DNA of 64,000 bases from Candidatus Nitrotoga sp. MKT. GTDB lineage: Bacteria > Pseudomonadota > Gammaproteobacteria > Burkholderiales > Gallionellaceae. This document shows positions 1 through 10,222 of the stretch, in pieces. The notes under the pieces were generated by a model that saw only the letters and a list, made by a program, of their open reading frames with translations, was not told the origin of the DNA and did not search any database. The stretch lies in NCBI GenBank assembly GCA_003402345.1, contig QFXH01000010.1, positions 5,409-69,408 of the forward strand. Reading direction: 5' to 3'. Within the stretch, counting starts at the first letter, position 1, and every line of letters starts with the position of its first letter. The translations under genes were made by a program, and so were the position numbers.

Positions 1-53
1 ACTCCGCAGTACCGCTACCAAGCTAGGTAGCGGGCTTGGGTAAAATTTAATTT

Positions 54-1010
54 ATGGTTTCTGAATTTGAATTGATCCGCCGTTTTTTCACCCGCGTTAC
101 GCCCGGCGCGATCTTAGGCGTGGGCGACGATGCCGCGCTTGTGCAAATCAGGTATGGCATGGAGCTGGCAGTGTCAACCGACATGCTGGTGAGTGGGACG
201 CATTTTTTCCCGGATGCGGATCCTTTTTTTCTTGGACACAAGGCACTGGCGGTAAATCTTTCCGACATGGCGGCGATGGCGGCGCAACCGCGTTGGGTGA
301 CTTTGGCACTGTCATTGCCCGAGGTTAATGAGATGTGGCTGAAAAAATTCAGCGCGGGGCTGTTTGCGTTGGCGGATGAGCATCAAGTAGCGCTGATTGG
401 GGGTGATACTACCCGTGGGCCGCTTAATTTATGCGTTACGGTCATGGGTGAAGTGCCACATGGTGCGGCGTTGCGGCGTTCGGGGGCACAGGTTGGTGAC
501 GATGTTTGGGTGTCCGGCGTGTTGGGTGATGCCGCGCTGGCATTGGCCCATATACAGGGGCATATACAATTGGCGGCGAAGGATTTTGCGGTCTGTGCTT
601 CGACGCTGCACCAACCCATGCCGCGTGTGGCACTTGGGCTGGCACTTCGCGGTGTGGCGCACAGTGCAATTGATATTTCAGATGGATTGCTGGCAGATCT
701 CGGCCATATATTGACGTGTTCTAACGTTGGGGCCGAAATTGCATTCGCCGCCCTGCCAATTTCCTGCGCATTACGGCCTTATTTAGGGCAACCATTAGCC
801 CAGCACTGCATGCTGGCCGGAGGCGATGATTACGAGCTATGTTTTACTGTGCCTGTTGCGTATCGCCCTGAAGTGGAGAAAATTGCCGGTAATCTTGGTT
901 TGTTACTGACACGTATCGGTACTATCACGGCGGAAAAGAAGTGCATAGTAAAGGCTGCGGATGGCAGCATTATCAACATCGAGGAATCAGGCTATGACCA
1001 CTTCCGCTGA
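54..1010 (+). CDS. thiL: thiamine-monophosphate kinase
   Basis: GVGDDAA, STDMLVSGTHF, NLSDMAAM, GGDT, IDISDGL and GGDDYELCFT motifs. Confidence 0.95.
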   Translation: MVSEFELIRRFFTRVTPGAILGVGDDAALVQIRYGMELAVSTDMLVSGTHFFPDADPFFLGHKALAVNLSDMAAMAAQPRWVTLALSLPEVNEMWLKKFSAGLFALADEHQVALIGGDTTRGPLNLCVTVMGEVPHGAALRRSGAQVGDDVWVSGVLGDAALALAHIQGHIQLAAKDFAVCASTLHQPMPRVALGLALRGVAHSAIDISDGLLADLGHILTCSNVGAEIAFAALPISCALRPYLGQPLAQHCMLAGGDDYELCFTVPVAYRPEVEKIAGNLGLLLTRIGTITAEKKCIVKAADGSIINIEESGYDHFR

Positions 1011-1497
1011 TTTTCGTGTGCAACCTTCGTGGCGTTTTGTCTTTAGCCATCCGGCGTATTTCCTTTCCTTTGGTTTTGGCAGTGGCCTGTTTCCCGGATC
1101 GCCCGGCACGGCGGGCACATTGGTTGCTTTCCCGATTTATTGGATTCTTGCGGAACATCTAACTGATGCCCTGTTTATCGTGGCGTTGGTCTGGGCCTTC
1201 GCCGTAGGCGTGTGGGCGTGTGAAAAAACCGGCAAAACGCTAGGTGTAGCGGATCACGGGGGGATGGTGTGGGATGAGATTGTCGCTTTCCTGCTGGTGC
1301 TTTTTTTTACGCCCGAAGGTTTTTTTTGGCAACTGCTGGCATTTCTACTGTTCCGATTTTTTGACATCGTCAAGCCACCGCCCATCCGTCATTTTGACCG
1401 AACATGGCATGGCGGTCTTGGTGTTATGTTCGACGATATACTCGCGGCGGGCTACACCCTATTGGTCTTGGCGCTGGTAAAAAGTACGCTGCTGTGA
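994..1497 (+). CDS. pgpA: phosphatidylglycerophosphatase A
   Basis: GFGSG..PGTAGT, DHGGMVWDEI, FRFFDIVKP, GVMFDDILA; follows thiL; start at ATG 994 behind GAGGA. Confidence 0.93.
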   Translation: MTTSADFRVQPSWRFVFSHPAYFLSFGFGSGLFPGSPGTAGTLVAFPIYWILAEHLTDALFIVALVWAFAVGVWACEKTGKTLGVADHGGMVWDEIVAFLLVLFFTPEGFFWQLLAFLLFRFFDIVKPPPIRHFDRTWHGGLGVMFDDILAAGYTLLVLALVKSTLL

Positions 1498-2141
1498 AGA
1501 ACGTCCTTAAAAGTGGATTGGTAGCTGCTCTATTTCTACTCGGCACACTCAATGCCACTCACGCTGAAGAATTTTCAGCCAAGGTTATCGCCGTGATGGA
1601 TGGTGATACGGTTCTTATATTACGCGGCAATAAGCAAATCAAGGTGCGATTGGCCGGAATAGATGCGCCAGAAAAGGCGCAGGCGTTCGGTGAAAGTTCC
1701 ACGCAATCGTTGACCGAGCTGATGCTCAATAAATACGTAAACGTGAATAGCCAAGCCGTGGACGATTATGGCAGGTTGGTGGCATCCATTACAGTGGGCG
1801 AATTGAACGTTAACCATGAACAGGTACAGCGCGGAATGGCATGGGGGTCTTCCCGTTCCAAGGGTAAAGCACTGCTCGCATTGCACAATGATGCCAAGAA
1901 AGCTAAGCGCGGATTATGGGCACAGACCGATCCGATGCCGCCAAGGGAATGGCGCAAAGTACATGCAGCGCCTCGGCAACAATATGTTGCGCAGCACAGC
2001 ATTTGCGGTAGTAAGCGATATTGTTCACAAATGGACTCGTGCGAAGAAGCAAATTTTTATCTATCGCATTGTAATGCCAGGTCTTTGGACAAAAATCGCG
2101 ATGGGGTGCCGTGCGAGCATTTATGCCCGGCTAAAAGGTGA
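1494..2141 (+). CDS. thermonuclease (SNase) family protein with C-terminal Excalibur Ca-binding domain
   Basis: Signal peptide, DGDT, VRLAGIDAPE, DDYGRL, GLW; C-terminal CSQMDSC...LDKNRDGVPCE; GTG start overlaps pgpA stop. Confidence 0.85.
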   Translation: MKNVLKSGLVAALFLLGTLNATHAEEFSAKVIAVMDGDTVLILRGNKQIKVRLAGIDAPEKAQAFGESSTQSLTELMLNKYVNVNSQAVDDYGRLVASITVGELNVNHEQVQRGMAWGSSRSKGKALLALHNDAKKAKRGLWAQTDPMPPREWRKVHAAPRQQYVAQHSICGSKRYCSQMDSCEEANFYLSHCNARSLDKNRDGVPCEHLCPAKR

Positions 2142-2859
2142 TCATTTCCCAACTGCATCTTGCTGCATCGCAGCGCAAGGCATTTCCGGTACTGTGCCAA
2201 TCACCTAATACCCAACGCTCACAACTATGGCCATCCACCATATGTAAGTGACGCTTTAGCCGATGGGTATGCCCGTGGATCATGCGTGGGTAATTATATT
2301 TGCGTAGCAAGTCCGCAACTGCATCCAGATTAACGTCCATGATATCGTGGCTTTTATGTTTTTTGTTATTCTCGCTACGTGCACGCAGTTGCGCAATGAG
2401 GGTCTTGCGTTGTATCAGCGGCTGATCAAGGAATTGCTGTTGCCAGGCGGGGTCATGTACTTGTTTGCGGAAATTTTGATAATCAATATCGTCAGTACAT
2501 AGTATGTCGCCATGGGTAAGTAATGTTGGCGTGCCATATAAGTTAAGCAGGGTAGGATCAGTTAATAGCGTGGCGCCACTGGCTTGTGCCAGTTTTTGGC
2601 CCATTATTAGATCGCGGTTACCGTGCATAATGTGGATGCCAGTGCCGCTGGCAGAAAGTGTACGTAAGGCATCGGTGATTTGATGATTAAATGGGTCGTC
2701 GATGTCATCATCGCCAGCCCAATATTCGAATAAGTCACCGAGGATATAAAGTGCTTCGGCTTTCGGCGCAATCTGCTGAATGAAATGCAGGAATACCTGC
2801 ATGCTTTGCGGTTGTTCAGCGCAAAGATGCAGGTCAGAAATAAATAAACTATGGGCCAC
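2131..2859 (-). CDS. lpxH: UDP-2,3-diacylglucosamine diphosphatase
   Basis: ISDLHL, LGDLFEYW.GDD, HGNRD, THGD.LCTDD, IHGHTHR, LGDW. Confidence 0.93.
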   Translation of the reverse strand: MAHSLFISDLHLCAEQPQSMQVFLHFIQQIAPKAEALYILGDLFEYWAGDDDIDDPFNHQITDALRTLSASGTGIHIMHGNRDLIMGQKLAQASGATLLTDPTLLNLYGTPTLLTHGDILCTDDIDYQNFRKQVHDPAWQQQFLDQPLIQRKTLIAQLRARSENNKKHKSHDIMDVNLDAVADLLRKYNYPRMIHGHTHRLKRHLHMVDGHSCERWVLGDWHSTGNALRCDAARCSWEMITF

Positions 2860-3019
2860 GGAATAGGTGGGGCGCTGAAGAACTTAAAAGAAGTTTGTTA
2901 TACAGATGGTTGGTCTATCTATGTTTCGTCGCGTTTTGGTTATCCCAATGAAACGCGACGAAATTTGTTTTTGCCGCCTCAAGTTCAGTAAGCTTGTGTG
3001 GTCACTACTGTTCCTTGAG

Positions 3020-3625
3020 TTATTGCACCACTTCCGCTTTAGTAATGATTACATCTTCCAGCGGCACGTCTTGGTGGCCAGCGTTATTACCTGTTTTGAC
3101 CTTGCGGATAGCATCCAGTACTTCTGTACCTGACACTACTTTCCCGAATACGCAATAACCATAACCTTGGCTACTGGATGCAGTGTAGTCGAGAAACATG
3201 TTGTCTTTTAAGTTAATAAAAAACTGCGCTGTGGCAGAATGCGGATCTGAGGTGCGCGCCATGGCGATGGTATATTTATCGTTTGTCAAACCATTGGCTG
3301 CCTCGTTCCGAATAGGCGCTTTGGTAGGTTTTTCTTTCATACCGTGTTCGAAGCCGCCGCCTTGGATCATAAAGCCATCGATTACGCGGTGGAACAGCGT
3401 ATTATCATAAAATCCGCTGGTTACGTAGTCGAGGAAGTTCTTGGTCGTGTTAGGCGCTTTTTCAGCATCCAGTTCAATAGTGATATTGCCGAGGTTGGTA
3501 TGCAGTTTGACCATGTTAATTTTTCCTTTTTGTGCTGGATGGTGTTGAGAAATGGGAGCCGCTTGTGCTGTGCACAATAGCAGGCAACTAAGCAACAGAG
3601 TAACGAATATTTGTTGAAGTTTCAT
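3020..3625 (-). CDS. ppiB: cyclophilin-type peptidyl-prolyl isomerase with N-terminal signal peptide
   Basis: [37 protein letters not shown]; start MKLQQ behind GAGGA. Confidence 0.88.
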   Translation of the reverse strand: MKLQQIFVTLLLSCLLLCTAQAAPISQHHPAQKGKINMVKLHTNLGNITIELDAEKAPNTTKNFLDYVTSGFYDNTLFHRVIDGFMIQGGGFEHGMKEKPTKAPIRNEAANGLTNDKYTIAMARTSDPHSATAQFFINLKDNMFLDYTASSSQGYGYCVFGKVVSGTEVLDAIRKVKTGNNAGHQDVPLEDVIITKAEVVQ

Positions 3626-3744
3626 TATATGATTTCCTCGTAAATGATATGAAGACAATTACCGCTTTTAACTAATGTTCACGCGGCTTAATACGATAAG
3701 CTTCTCGGTTTGTACAACCGACAAGTTCTCAAGCGCTATTTTTA

Positions 3745-4272
3745 TCACTGCACTTCTTCAGCTTTTTTGAGGACGACATCCTCTAATGGGACGTTTTCAA
3801 GCCCGTAGCGACTGCCGACTGCAACCTTGCTGATAACATCCACAACTTCTGTGCCTGCCACTACCTTGCCAAACACACAGTAACCATAACCTTGCTTATC
3901 GGGTGCAGTGTAATTTAGGGAATTATTATCTTTCAAGTTAATAAAAAATTGGGATGTAGCGGAGTGGGGGGCAGATGAACGCGCCATGGCAATAGTGTAT
4001 TTGTCATTCTTCAGGCCATTGGCAGCCTCATTTTTTATGGGCGGATTGGTAGATTTTAGTGACATCTTTGTAAGGCTGCTCATCGAGACTGTTCCCAGTG
4101 AGTAGTTATAGCCGCCTCCCTGAATTACAAATCCATCGATCACGCGATGGAATAAGGTCTTGTAGTAAAAACCACTGTTAACATATTCGAGGAAATTTTT
4201 AACAGTGGCAGGCGCCTTCTCGGCATCCAGTTCGAGTGTGATGATTCCATAATTGGTATGCAGTTTAACCAT
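3745..4272 (-). CDS. cyclophilin-type peptidyl-prolyl isomerase, second copy, no signal peptide
   Basis: [29 protein letters not shown]; AAGGAG RBS and an in-frame stop just upstream. Confidence 0.88.
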   Translation of the reverse strand: MVKLHTNYGIITLELDAEKAPATVKNFLEYVNSGFYYKTLFHRVIDGFVIQGGGYNYSLGTVSMSSLTKMSLKSTNPPIKNEAANGLKNDKYTIAMARSSAPHSATSQFFINLKDNNSLNYTAPDKQGYGYCVFGKVVAGTEVVDVISKVAVGSRYGLENVPLEDVVLKKAEEVQ

Positions 4273-4528
4273 GCTAAATTCTCCTTATATTGTTGAAGGT
4301 TATGAAGAGTGCCAGTTGGTGCGGCGCACCATCGCATACAACTGAGCGGCAGGGAAAGTGATGTGTCCGGGGTTTCATATGCTATCTCTAAATATGCGTG
4401 TGATATATACGCGGCATAGCATTGCATTTTCCGGTATGTATTGAAGATATGAAATCAATATGGATGTCAGTGCAAGTCAGGGCCAGCGACTGGTGGACAT
4501 CGGCAGTTAAACTGAAAGACATGTTAAA

Positions 4529-5536
4529 TTATTTTGCGGCACGCTCTTCTTGGATTAGCCATTTGTCGTTGGATTTTACCAGAAGCATGATTTTGTCGAA
4601 GGACGTGTTTAGGTAGTCGGAGCGATAGGATTGGTGAAAGGTAACAGTGGCATGATTTTCATCCAGAAAGCTGATCTTTTCATTGCTGATATTGATCTCG
4701 ATATATTTGGGTGCGCTGACCCGCGCCTTGCTTGCGCTTTCCCACTGGTCGCGGCTTTCGCCGTTCGGGGTTTTGAAATCGATCGCATAGAACTCTAAGT
4801 ATTTGTTGATATTTTGGGACGACCATACTTCAACCCATTCATGCAATGTCTTCAACACCTCAGCGTCATTATGGGCAGCCGGTTTTTTAATCATTGCAGG
4901 CTTTGTGGATGAAGCGGATTCGAGCACGGCAGTAACTATTTTGGGCGATGCAGGTGCTGTCCCAGAAGCGGCGGCTTGCGGCTTGGCTGCACTAACAGTG
5001 GCGGCGTTCGGTTTATTCTTGGGGAAAAGGTCATTAATCAGGGCAAGTTTGCTCTGTGTGGCGGGATTTTTCCGGTCTAGCTGTAGCGCGCGCTCATAAG
5101 CTTGACTTGCCATTTTTGCATAGATGTCGCCTAAATTTTCCTGTGCGGTGGCATAGTTTGGATGGTTGTGGATCGCCCTTTCCAATGCGGTTTTGGCTTT
5201 GTCGTATTGGCCTAGACCCGCATATAACACGGCAAGGTTGTTATATGGTTCCGGTAGTTCCGGATAGTCCTCAGTCAACGATTGGAATATGCTGATCGCA
5301 TCATTGGTTTTAGACTGAGTAGTGAGGATTAGCGCTTTCAGAAAGCGTGCCTGTGCGTCCTTGGGCTTGTTGACAAGATAGGCGTCGACCCGTTTCAGTG
5401 CTTGCGCATGCTGATTCTGTTTGAACAGTTTGTTGATATCCTGAATTTCATCCGCGCCTACTGTGAAGCCGAAGCTTAATAACAGCGCGCCCCCACATAA
5501 TGTTACGTAGCGGCCAAAACGGTTGAATTTATCCAT
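4529..5536 (-). CDS. exported TPR protein with C-terminal NTF2-like domain
   Basis: Signal peptide, PEPYNNLAVLYA TPRs, Ala/Pro linker, W...WS...YL.FY...F and VTF.QSYRSD. Confidence 0.8.
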   Translation of the reverse strand: MDKFNRFGRYVTLCGGALLLSFGFTVGADEIQDINKLFKQNQHAQALKRVDAYLVNKPKDAQARFLKALILTTQSKTNDAISIFQSLTEDYPELPEPYNNLAVLYAGLGQYDKAKTALERAIHNHPNYATAQENLGDIYAKMASQAYERALQLDRKNPATQSKLALINDLFPKNKPNAATVSAAKPQAAASGTAPASPKIVTAVLESASSTKPAMIKKPAAHNDAEVLKTLHEWVEVWSSQNINKYLEFYAIDFKTPNGESRDQWESASKARVSAPKYIEINISNEKISFLDENHATVTFHQSYRSDYLNTSFDKIMLLVKSNDKWLIQEERAAK

Positions 5537-5838
5537 TATGTGGTACTTTACCGGAATGATTTTATGGTTGATACGAAAGATTTTGTTCGCTTAGGCGTAT
5601 AAATAATTACGCCACGTTTTACCAAAATTTCTCTATCAGTCAATCCTGCGCGATCATCACGCGAAATTTATGAAGCATTCAGAATAAATGGGTACCCAAT
5701 GAAACCGGATTCTATCAAACCTGCCCATTTTTTTCACAGCTTATCGTATCGGCTGACAAGGTGATCCTGCGTCATCTGTTTGAGTAAGGAGATTTTCGGG
5801 TAAAATTGTTGCTCTTGCCTTAAAAGAACCATCGAATA

Positions 5839-7515
5839 ATGAGCAGCCAGACACAAGCACCCATCCCCCACTTCATCCGCAATATTATTGAGGCCGATCT
5901 GGCGAGTGGTAAACATACCGATATTGCCACACGCTTCCCGCCGGAGCCAAATGGGTATCTGCATATTGGCCATGCCAAGTCTATTTGCCTGAATTTTGGT
6001 CTGGCAGGCGATTATCAGGGCCACTGCAATCTACGCTTCGACGATACCAATCCGGAAAAAGAAAGCGAAGAATATGCGCGTGCTATTCAGGAGGACGTTC
6101 AATGGCTGGGCTTTCAGTGGCAAGATGGGGTGCGATGGGCATCCGATTACTTCGAACAACTTTATGGTTACGCGGTCGAGTTAATCAAACAGGGCAAGGC
6201 TTATGTGGATGATCTCAGTGCTGAGGAAATGCGCGAATATCGTGGCACGCTTACGCATCCAGGCAAGCCCAGCCCATACCGTGAGCGTTCCATAGATGAA
6301 AATCTTGACCTGTTTCAGCGCATGCGCGCAGGAGAGTTTGCCGATGGCGCCAAGGTGCTGCGCGCTAAAATCGACATGGCTTCTGGCAATATCAATTTGC
6401 GCGACCCGGCGATTTACCGCATTCGTCGCGCACACCACATCCGCACGGGTGATGCGTGGTGTATCTATCCGATGTATGACTACACTCACTGCATTTCCGA
6501 TGCGCTGGAGTGCATTACTCACTCGTTATGTACGCTGGAGTTTGAAGACCACCGACCCTTATATGACTGGGTGCTGGATCAGTTGGCTGTACCGTCCCAT
6601 CCCCGACAAATTGAATTTTCGCGCCTGGAATTACGCTACACCATAACCAGCAAGCGCAAGCTGTTGCAACTTGTCACCGAGCAACATGTATCCGGCTGGG
6701 ATGATCCACGTATGCCAACCATTATCGGTATGCGCAGACGCGGATACACACCGCAAGGCATCCGCGAATTTACTCGCAGGATCGGTATTTCCAAGAGCGA
6801 AAATGTGGTTGATATGGCTGTACTGGAAGCATGCATCCGCGAAGATTTAGAGGCGCGTGCGGCGCGCGTGATGGCGGTGGTTAAACCGCTGAAGGTCATC
6901 ATCAGTAATTTTGTGGCGGGTGAGAGCCAATCACGCGAAGCGGGCTTTCATCCAGAACACCCAGAATTCGGTAGCCGCATAGTACCGTTCAGCAAAGAGA
7001 TTTGGATTGAAGTTGACGACTTTACCGAAAATCCACCTGCGGGCTGGCAGCGTTTGACACCCGGTGGTGAGGTGCGTTTGCGCTACAGCTATGTGATGCG
7101 CTGTGACGAAGTAGTAAAAGATATTGCCGGTAATGTAATCGAACTTCGTTGCTCTATTGATACAGATACGCTGGGCAAAAATCCGGTAGGACGCAAGGTG
7201 AAGGGCGTAATCCACTGGCTGTCCGCTGAACATGCGCTGCCTGCGGAGATTCGTTTGTATGACCGCTTGTTCACGGTACCGGAACCAGATAACGACAAGA
7301 CGCGCGATTTCTGTGAATTCATCAACCCAGCGTCGCTGACTGTAGTGCAGGGCTGGGTTGAACCTGCCGTGCGTGACGCGGCACCTGAAACACATTACCA
7401 ATTTGAACGTCTTGGATATTTTTGTACCGATCGGCATGAGCACGAACCGGGTGAAAAACTGACGTTCAACCGCACCGTGACCCTCAAAGATTCGTGGGCA
7501 AAAGATCAAAGTTAA
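5839..7515 (+). CDS. glnS: glutamine--tRNA ligase
   Basis: [47 protein letters not shown]. Confidence 0.97.
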   Translation: MSSQTQAPIPHFIRNIIEADLASGKHTDIATRFPPEPNGYLHIGHAKSICLNFGLAGDYQGHCNLRFDDTNPEKESEEYARAIQEDVQWLGFQWQDGVRWASDYFEQLYGYAVELIKQGKAYVDDLSAEEMREYRGTLTHPGKPSPYRERSIDENLDLFQRMRAGEFADGAKVLRAKIDMASGNINLRDPAIYRIRRAHHIRTGDAWCIYPMYDYTHCISDALECITHSLCTLEFEDHRPLYDWVLDQLAVPSHPRQIEFSRLELRYTITSKRKLLQLVTEQHVSGWDDPRMPTIIGMRRRGYTPQGIREFTRRIGISKSENVVDMAVLEACIREDLEARAARVMAVVKPLKVIISNFVAGESQSREAGFHPEHPEFGSRIVPFSKEIWIEVDDFTENPPAGWQRLTPGGEVRLRYSYVMRCDEVVKDIAGNVIELRCSIDTDTLGKNPVGRKVKGVIHWLSAEHALPAEIRLYDRLFTVPEPDNDKTRDFCEFINPASLTVVQGWVEPAVRDAAPETHYQFERLGYFCTDRHEHEPGEKLTFNRTVTLKDSWAKDQS

Positions 7516-7648
7516 ACACGCGGTATTAATTCATATGCGTATTGTGGTGTCTGTGGATGAATAATATGGTGGAAGGTGAAATCCGTACAGCATCCAAACC
7601 AGCGTTGCTAGTACGTAGACAATCAAGAAAAGTTTGCCCTAAAGGTTT

Positions 7649-9100
7649 TTGATGCTGAAAATTTACAATACTCTCACCCGCGACAAGCAGGACTTTATTC
7701 CCATCGAACCCGGCAAGGTTCGAATGTATGTATGCGGCATGACGGTTTATGACTATTGCCATCTCGGCCATGCGCGGGTGATGGTGGCATTCGACATGGT
7801 ATATCGCTGGCTTAAGGCGAGCGGGCTGGACGTAACCTATGTGCGTAATATCACCGATATTGACGACAAAATTATCAAGCGTGCGGCGGAAAATTCTGAA
7901 TCTATCCATGCACTCACGCAGCGTTTCATTGATGCGATGCACGAGGATGAACGTGCATTAAGCATTCTGCCACCGGATTTTGAACCCCGGGCTACTCAAT
8001 ACATACCGCAAATGCTAGACATGATCGCCAAGCTGGAAGCTAATGGATTAGCCTATCAAGCAGCTGATGGAGATATGAATTATGCGGTGCGCAAATTTGC
8101 CCATTACGGCAAATTATCTGGCAAAACACTGGCGGATTTGCGTGCCGGCGAGCGTGTGGAGGTGAATGATGGCAAGCTTGATCCGCTCGATTTCGTACTG
8201 TGGAAACATGCCAAAGAGAGCGAGCCCGACGAAGTGAAATGGGACTCTCCTTGGGGGGAAGGGCGGCCTGGTTGGCATATTGAATGTTCGGCGATGAGCC
8301 TGGCAACGCTGGGTAAACATTTCGATATTCACGGTGGGGGGGCTGATTTACAGTTTCCGCACCACGAAAATGAGATCGCGCAAAGTGAGGGGGCGTGCCA
8401 GTGCAAATCTGTGAATGTCTGGATGCACAATGGCTTCGTGCGCGTAGACAACGAAAAAATGTCGAAAAGCCTTGGTAATTTTTTCACCATCCGCGAGGTG
8501 CTGAATAAATATGATGCGGAAGTTGTGCGCTTTTTTATCCTGCGCGCGCATTACCGCAGCCAGCTGAACTATTCCGATGCGCATCTGGACGATGCCAAAC
8601 AGTCATTAAACCGCCTGTACACGGCATTAAAAAATATTGCTGTGCCTATCGAAACGAGTTCAATCGATTGGAACGAACCTTATTCACAGCGTTTTAAAAC
8701 GGCAATGAATGACGATTTCAACACGCCTGAAGCGATGGCAGTCCTGTTCGATCTGGCAAATGAGGTGAATCGCAGCCAATCAGTAGAAGCTGCAAAGAAA
8801 CTTAAGATGTTAGGTGACGTGCTCGGCTTGTTGCAGGAAAATCCTGATGATTATCTGCAAGGACGACATCGTATCGATGTGAATGTTTCAGTTACAGGTC
8901 TTACAGCTACCGCAAAACTAGGTATCGTTGACTTTATTCCATCGGGCATGACCAAGAGTATCCAAGCCCTTATTGCCGAACGAACTGCCGCTAAACAATC
9001 CAAAAATTTCGCTGAATCCGACCGTATCCGTAAGGAGCTTTTAGAAGCGGGAATTGTGCTGGAAGACTCTGCATCCGGCACCACTTGGCGACGTTCGTAG
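7649..9100 (+). CDS. cysS: cysteine--tRNA ligase
   Basis: [49 protein letters not shown]. Confidence 0.97.
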   Translation: MMLKIYNTLTRDKQDFIPIEPGKVRMYVCGMTVYDYCHLGHARVMVAFDMVYRWLKASGLDVTYVRNITDIDDKIIKRAAENSESIHALTQRFIDAMHEDERALSILPPDFEPRATQYIPQMLDMIAKLEANGLAYQAADGDMNYAVRKFAHYGKLSGKTLADLRAGERVEVNDGKLDPLDFVLWKHAKESEPDEVKWDSPWGEGRPGWHIECSAMSLATLGKHFDIHGGGADLQFPHHENEIAQSEGACQCKSVNVWMHNGFVRVDNEKMSKSLGNFFTIREVLNKYDAEVVRFFILRAHYRSQLNYSDAHLDDAKQSLNRLYTALKNIAVPIETSSIDWNEPYSQRFKTAMNDDFNTPEAMAVLFDLANEVNRSQSVEAAKKLKMLGDVLGLLQENPDDYLQGRHRIDVNVSVTGLTATAKLGIVDFIPSGMTKSIQALIAERTAAKQSKNFAESDRIRKELLEAGIVLEDSASGTTWRRS

Positions 9101-9327
9101 GCCTGTCGAAAGATGAGTGGATTTCGACAAACCCAACCCGAACGGGGTTAATATTTCATCATGCCAGATCAATAGGTTAAACGAATATAGCAGTAGTTAA
9201 GTAATTTAGGATATAACGACTCGAAGACAAAGGACGATAGGGGCTGGCAGCTACTAGGAATTGCATAGGATTCTGATTAGAATGTATCACCGCGTTGATT
9301 AAAATGTAATTTTAAGTGTAACGACAA

Positions 9328-9774
9328 ATGCAATTTACCCACTTTACCGATTATTCATTACGTACCTTAATTTATTTAGGCGCGCAGCAAAACATGTTGG
9401 TTACGATCAATGATGTTGCTGAAAAATATGGTATTTCGCAAAGTCACTTAACGAAAGTCGTACACCAACTAGCCAGTCGCGGCTATATTCAAACCACGCG
9501 CGGCAAAGGCGGAGGAATGCGCTTGGCGCGCTTACCCCAATTGATCAACATCGGCGATGTAGTGCGCGATATGGAAGAAAATATCAACCTAGTCGAGTGT
9601 TTCAATGCAAAAAAACAAGGTTGCCCCTTAATACCCACGTGTATCCTCAAATCAGTGCTAGCAGAAGCGAGCAAAAACTTCTTTGCCACTTTAGACCGCT
9701 ATACTCTCGCAGACTTATTGACTAATCAATCATCTCTGAAAAAAATGCCTGAACTCCAAAAAAGCCCGCATTAA
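9328..9774 (+). CDS. nsrR: Rrf2-family NO-sensing repressor NsrR
   Basis: FTDYSLRTLIYL, HLTKVV, RGKGGG.RLA, three Cys (LVECF...GCPLIPTC). Confidence 0.82.
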   Translation: MQFTHFTDYSLRTLIYLGAQQNMLVTINDVAEKYGISQSHLTKVVHQLASRGYIQTTRGKGGGMRLARLPQLINIGDVVRDMEENINLVECFNAKKQGCPLIPTCILKSVLAEASKNFFATLDRYTLADLLTNQSSLKKMPELQKSPH

Positions 9775-9843
9775 AGCCAATCTTTAAGATTTATTGTTGG
9801 CGTCTTAGCTCACCCTAGGGCCACAATAAAAAACCCAACGAAT

Positions 9844-9894
9844 TAAACCCAGATGGTCCATTGGAAGCACGAATCCAATGACCATCTGGGTTTA
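9844..9894 (+). terminator. long hairpin after nsrR, probable terminator
   Basis: TAAACCCAGATGGTCCATTGGA-AGCACGAA-TCCAATGACCATCTGGGTTTA, one-base bulge, followed by TTTATT. Confidence 0.55.
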
Positions 9895-9986
9895 TTAATA
9901 CGTATCTATCGCTACACAGCAACGGCACAAGGGTCAATAACAACAAAATTACTGATAACCGCTTCGTGCTAAAAGAATTTTTCATG

Positions 9987-10016
9987 TTTTATTCAATACC
10001 CAAGTATTGAATAAAA
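9987..10016. promoter_or_regulatory. perfect AT-rich inverted repeat, operator-like
   Basis: TTTTATTCAATAC-CCAA-GTATTGAATAAAA. Confidence 0.45.
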
Positions 10017-10222
10017 GTGGTTAAAAACACCTGATCGTTCACCACGAAAAATGTACAAAAGATCGCTTATTGTCGGCGGCGTATAAACGTTCAATTAAGA
10101 CGTAATAAACTTTTCTATCCCGCGGGACATTCCTTGCTAGACTCTAACAACTGGCGCTCATCAACATTATGGGGCAGAACGTTTCTGGTTTCGACTCTAA
10201 TTGCATATTGATAAGGGAAGTA

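Noticed and set aside
1-46. Possible nusB 3' end and an 8-bp hairpin (CCGCTACC/GGTAGCGG)
   Set aside because: Too short to assign; the match to the island iteron word is probably chance
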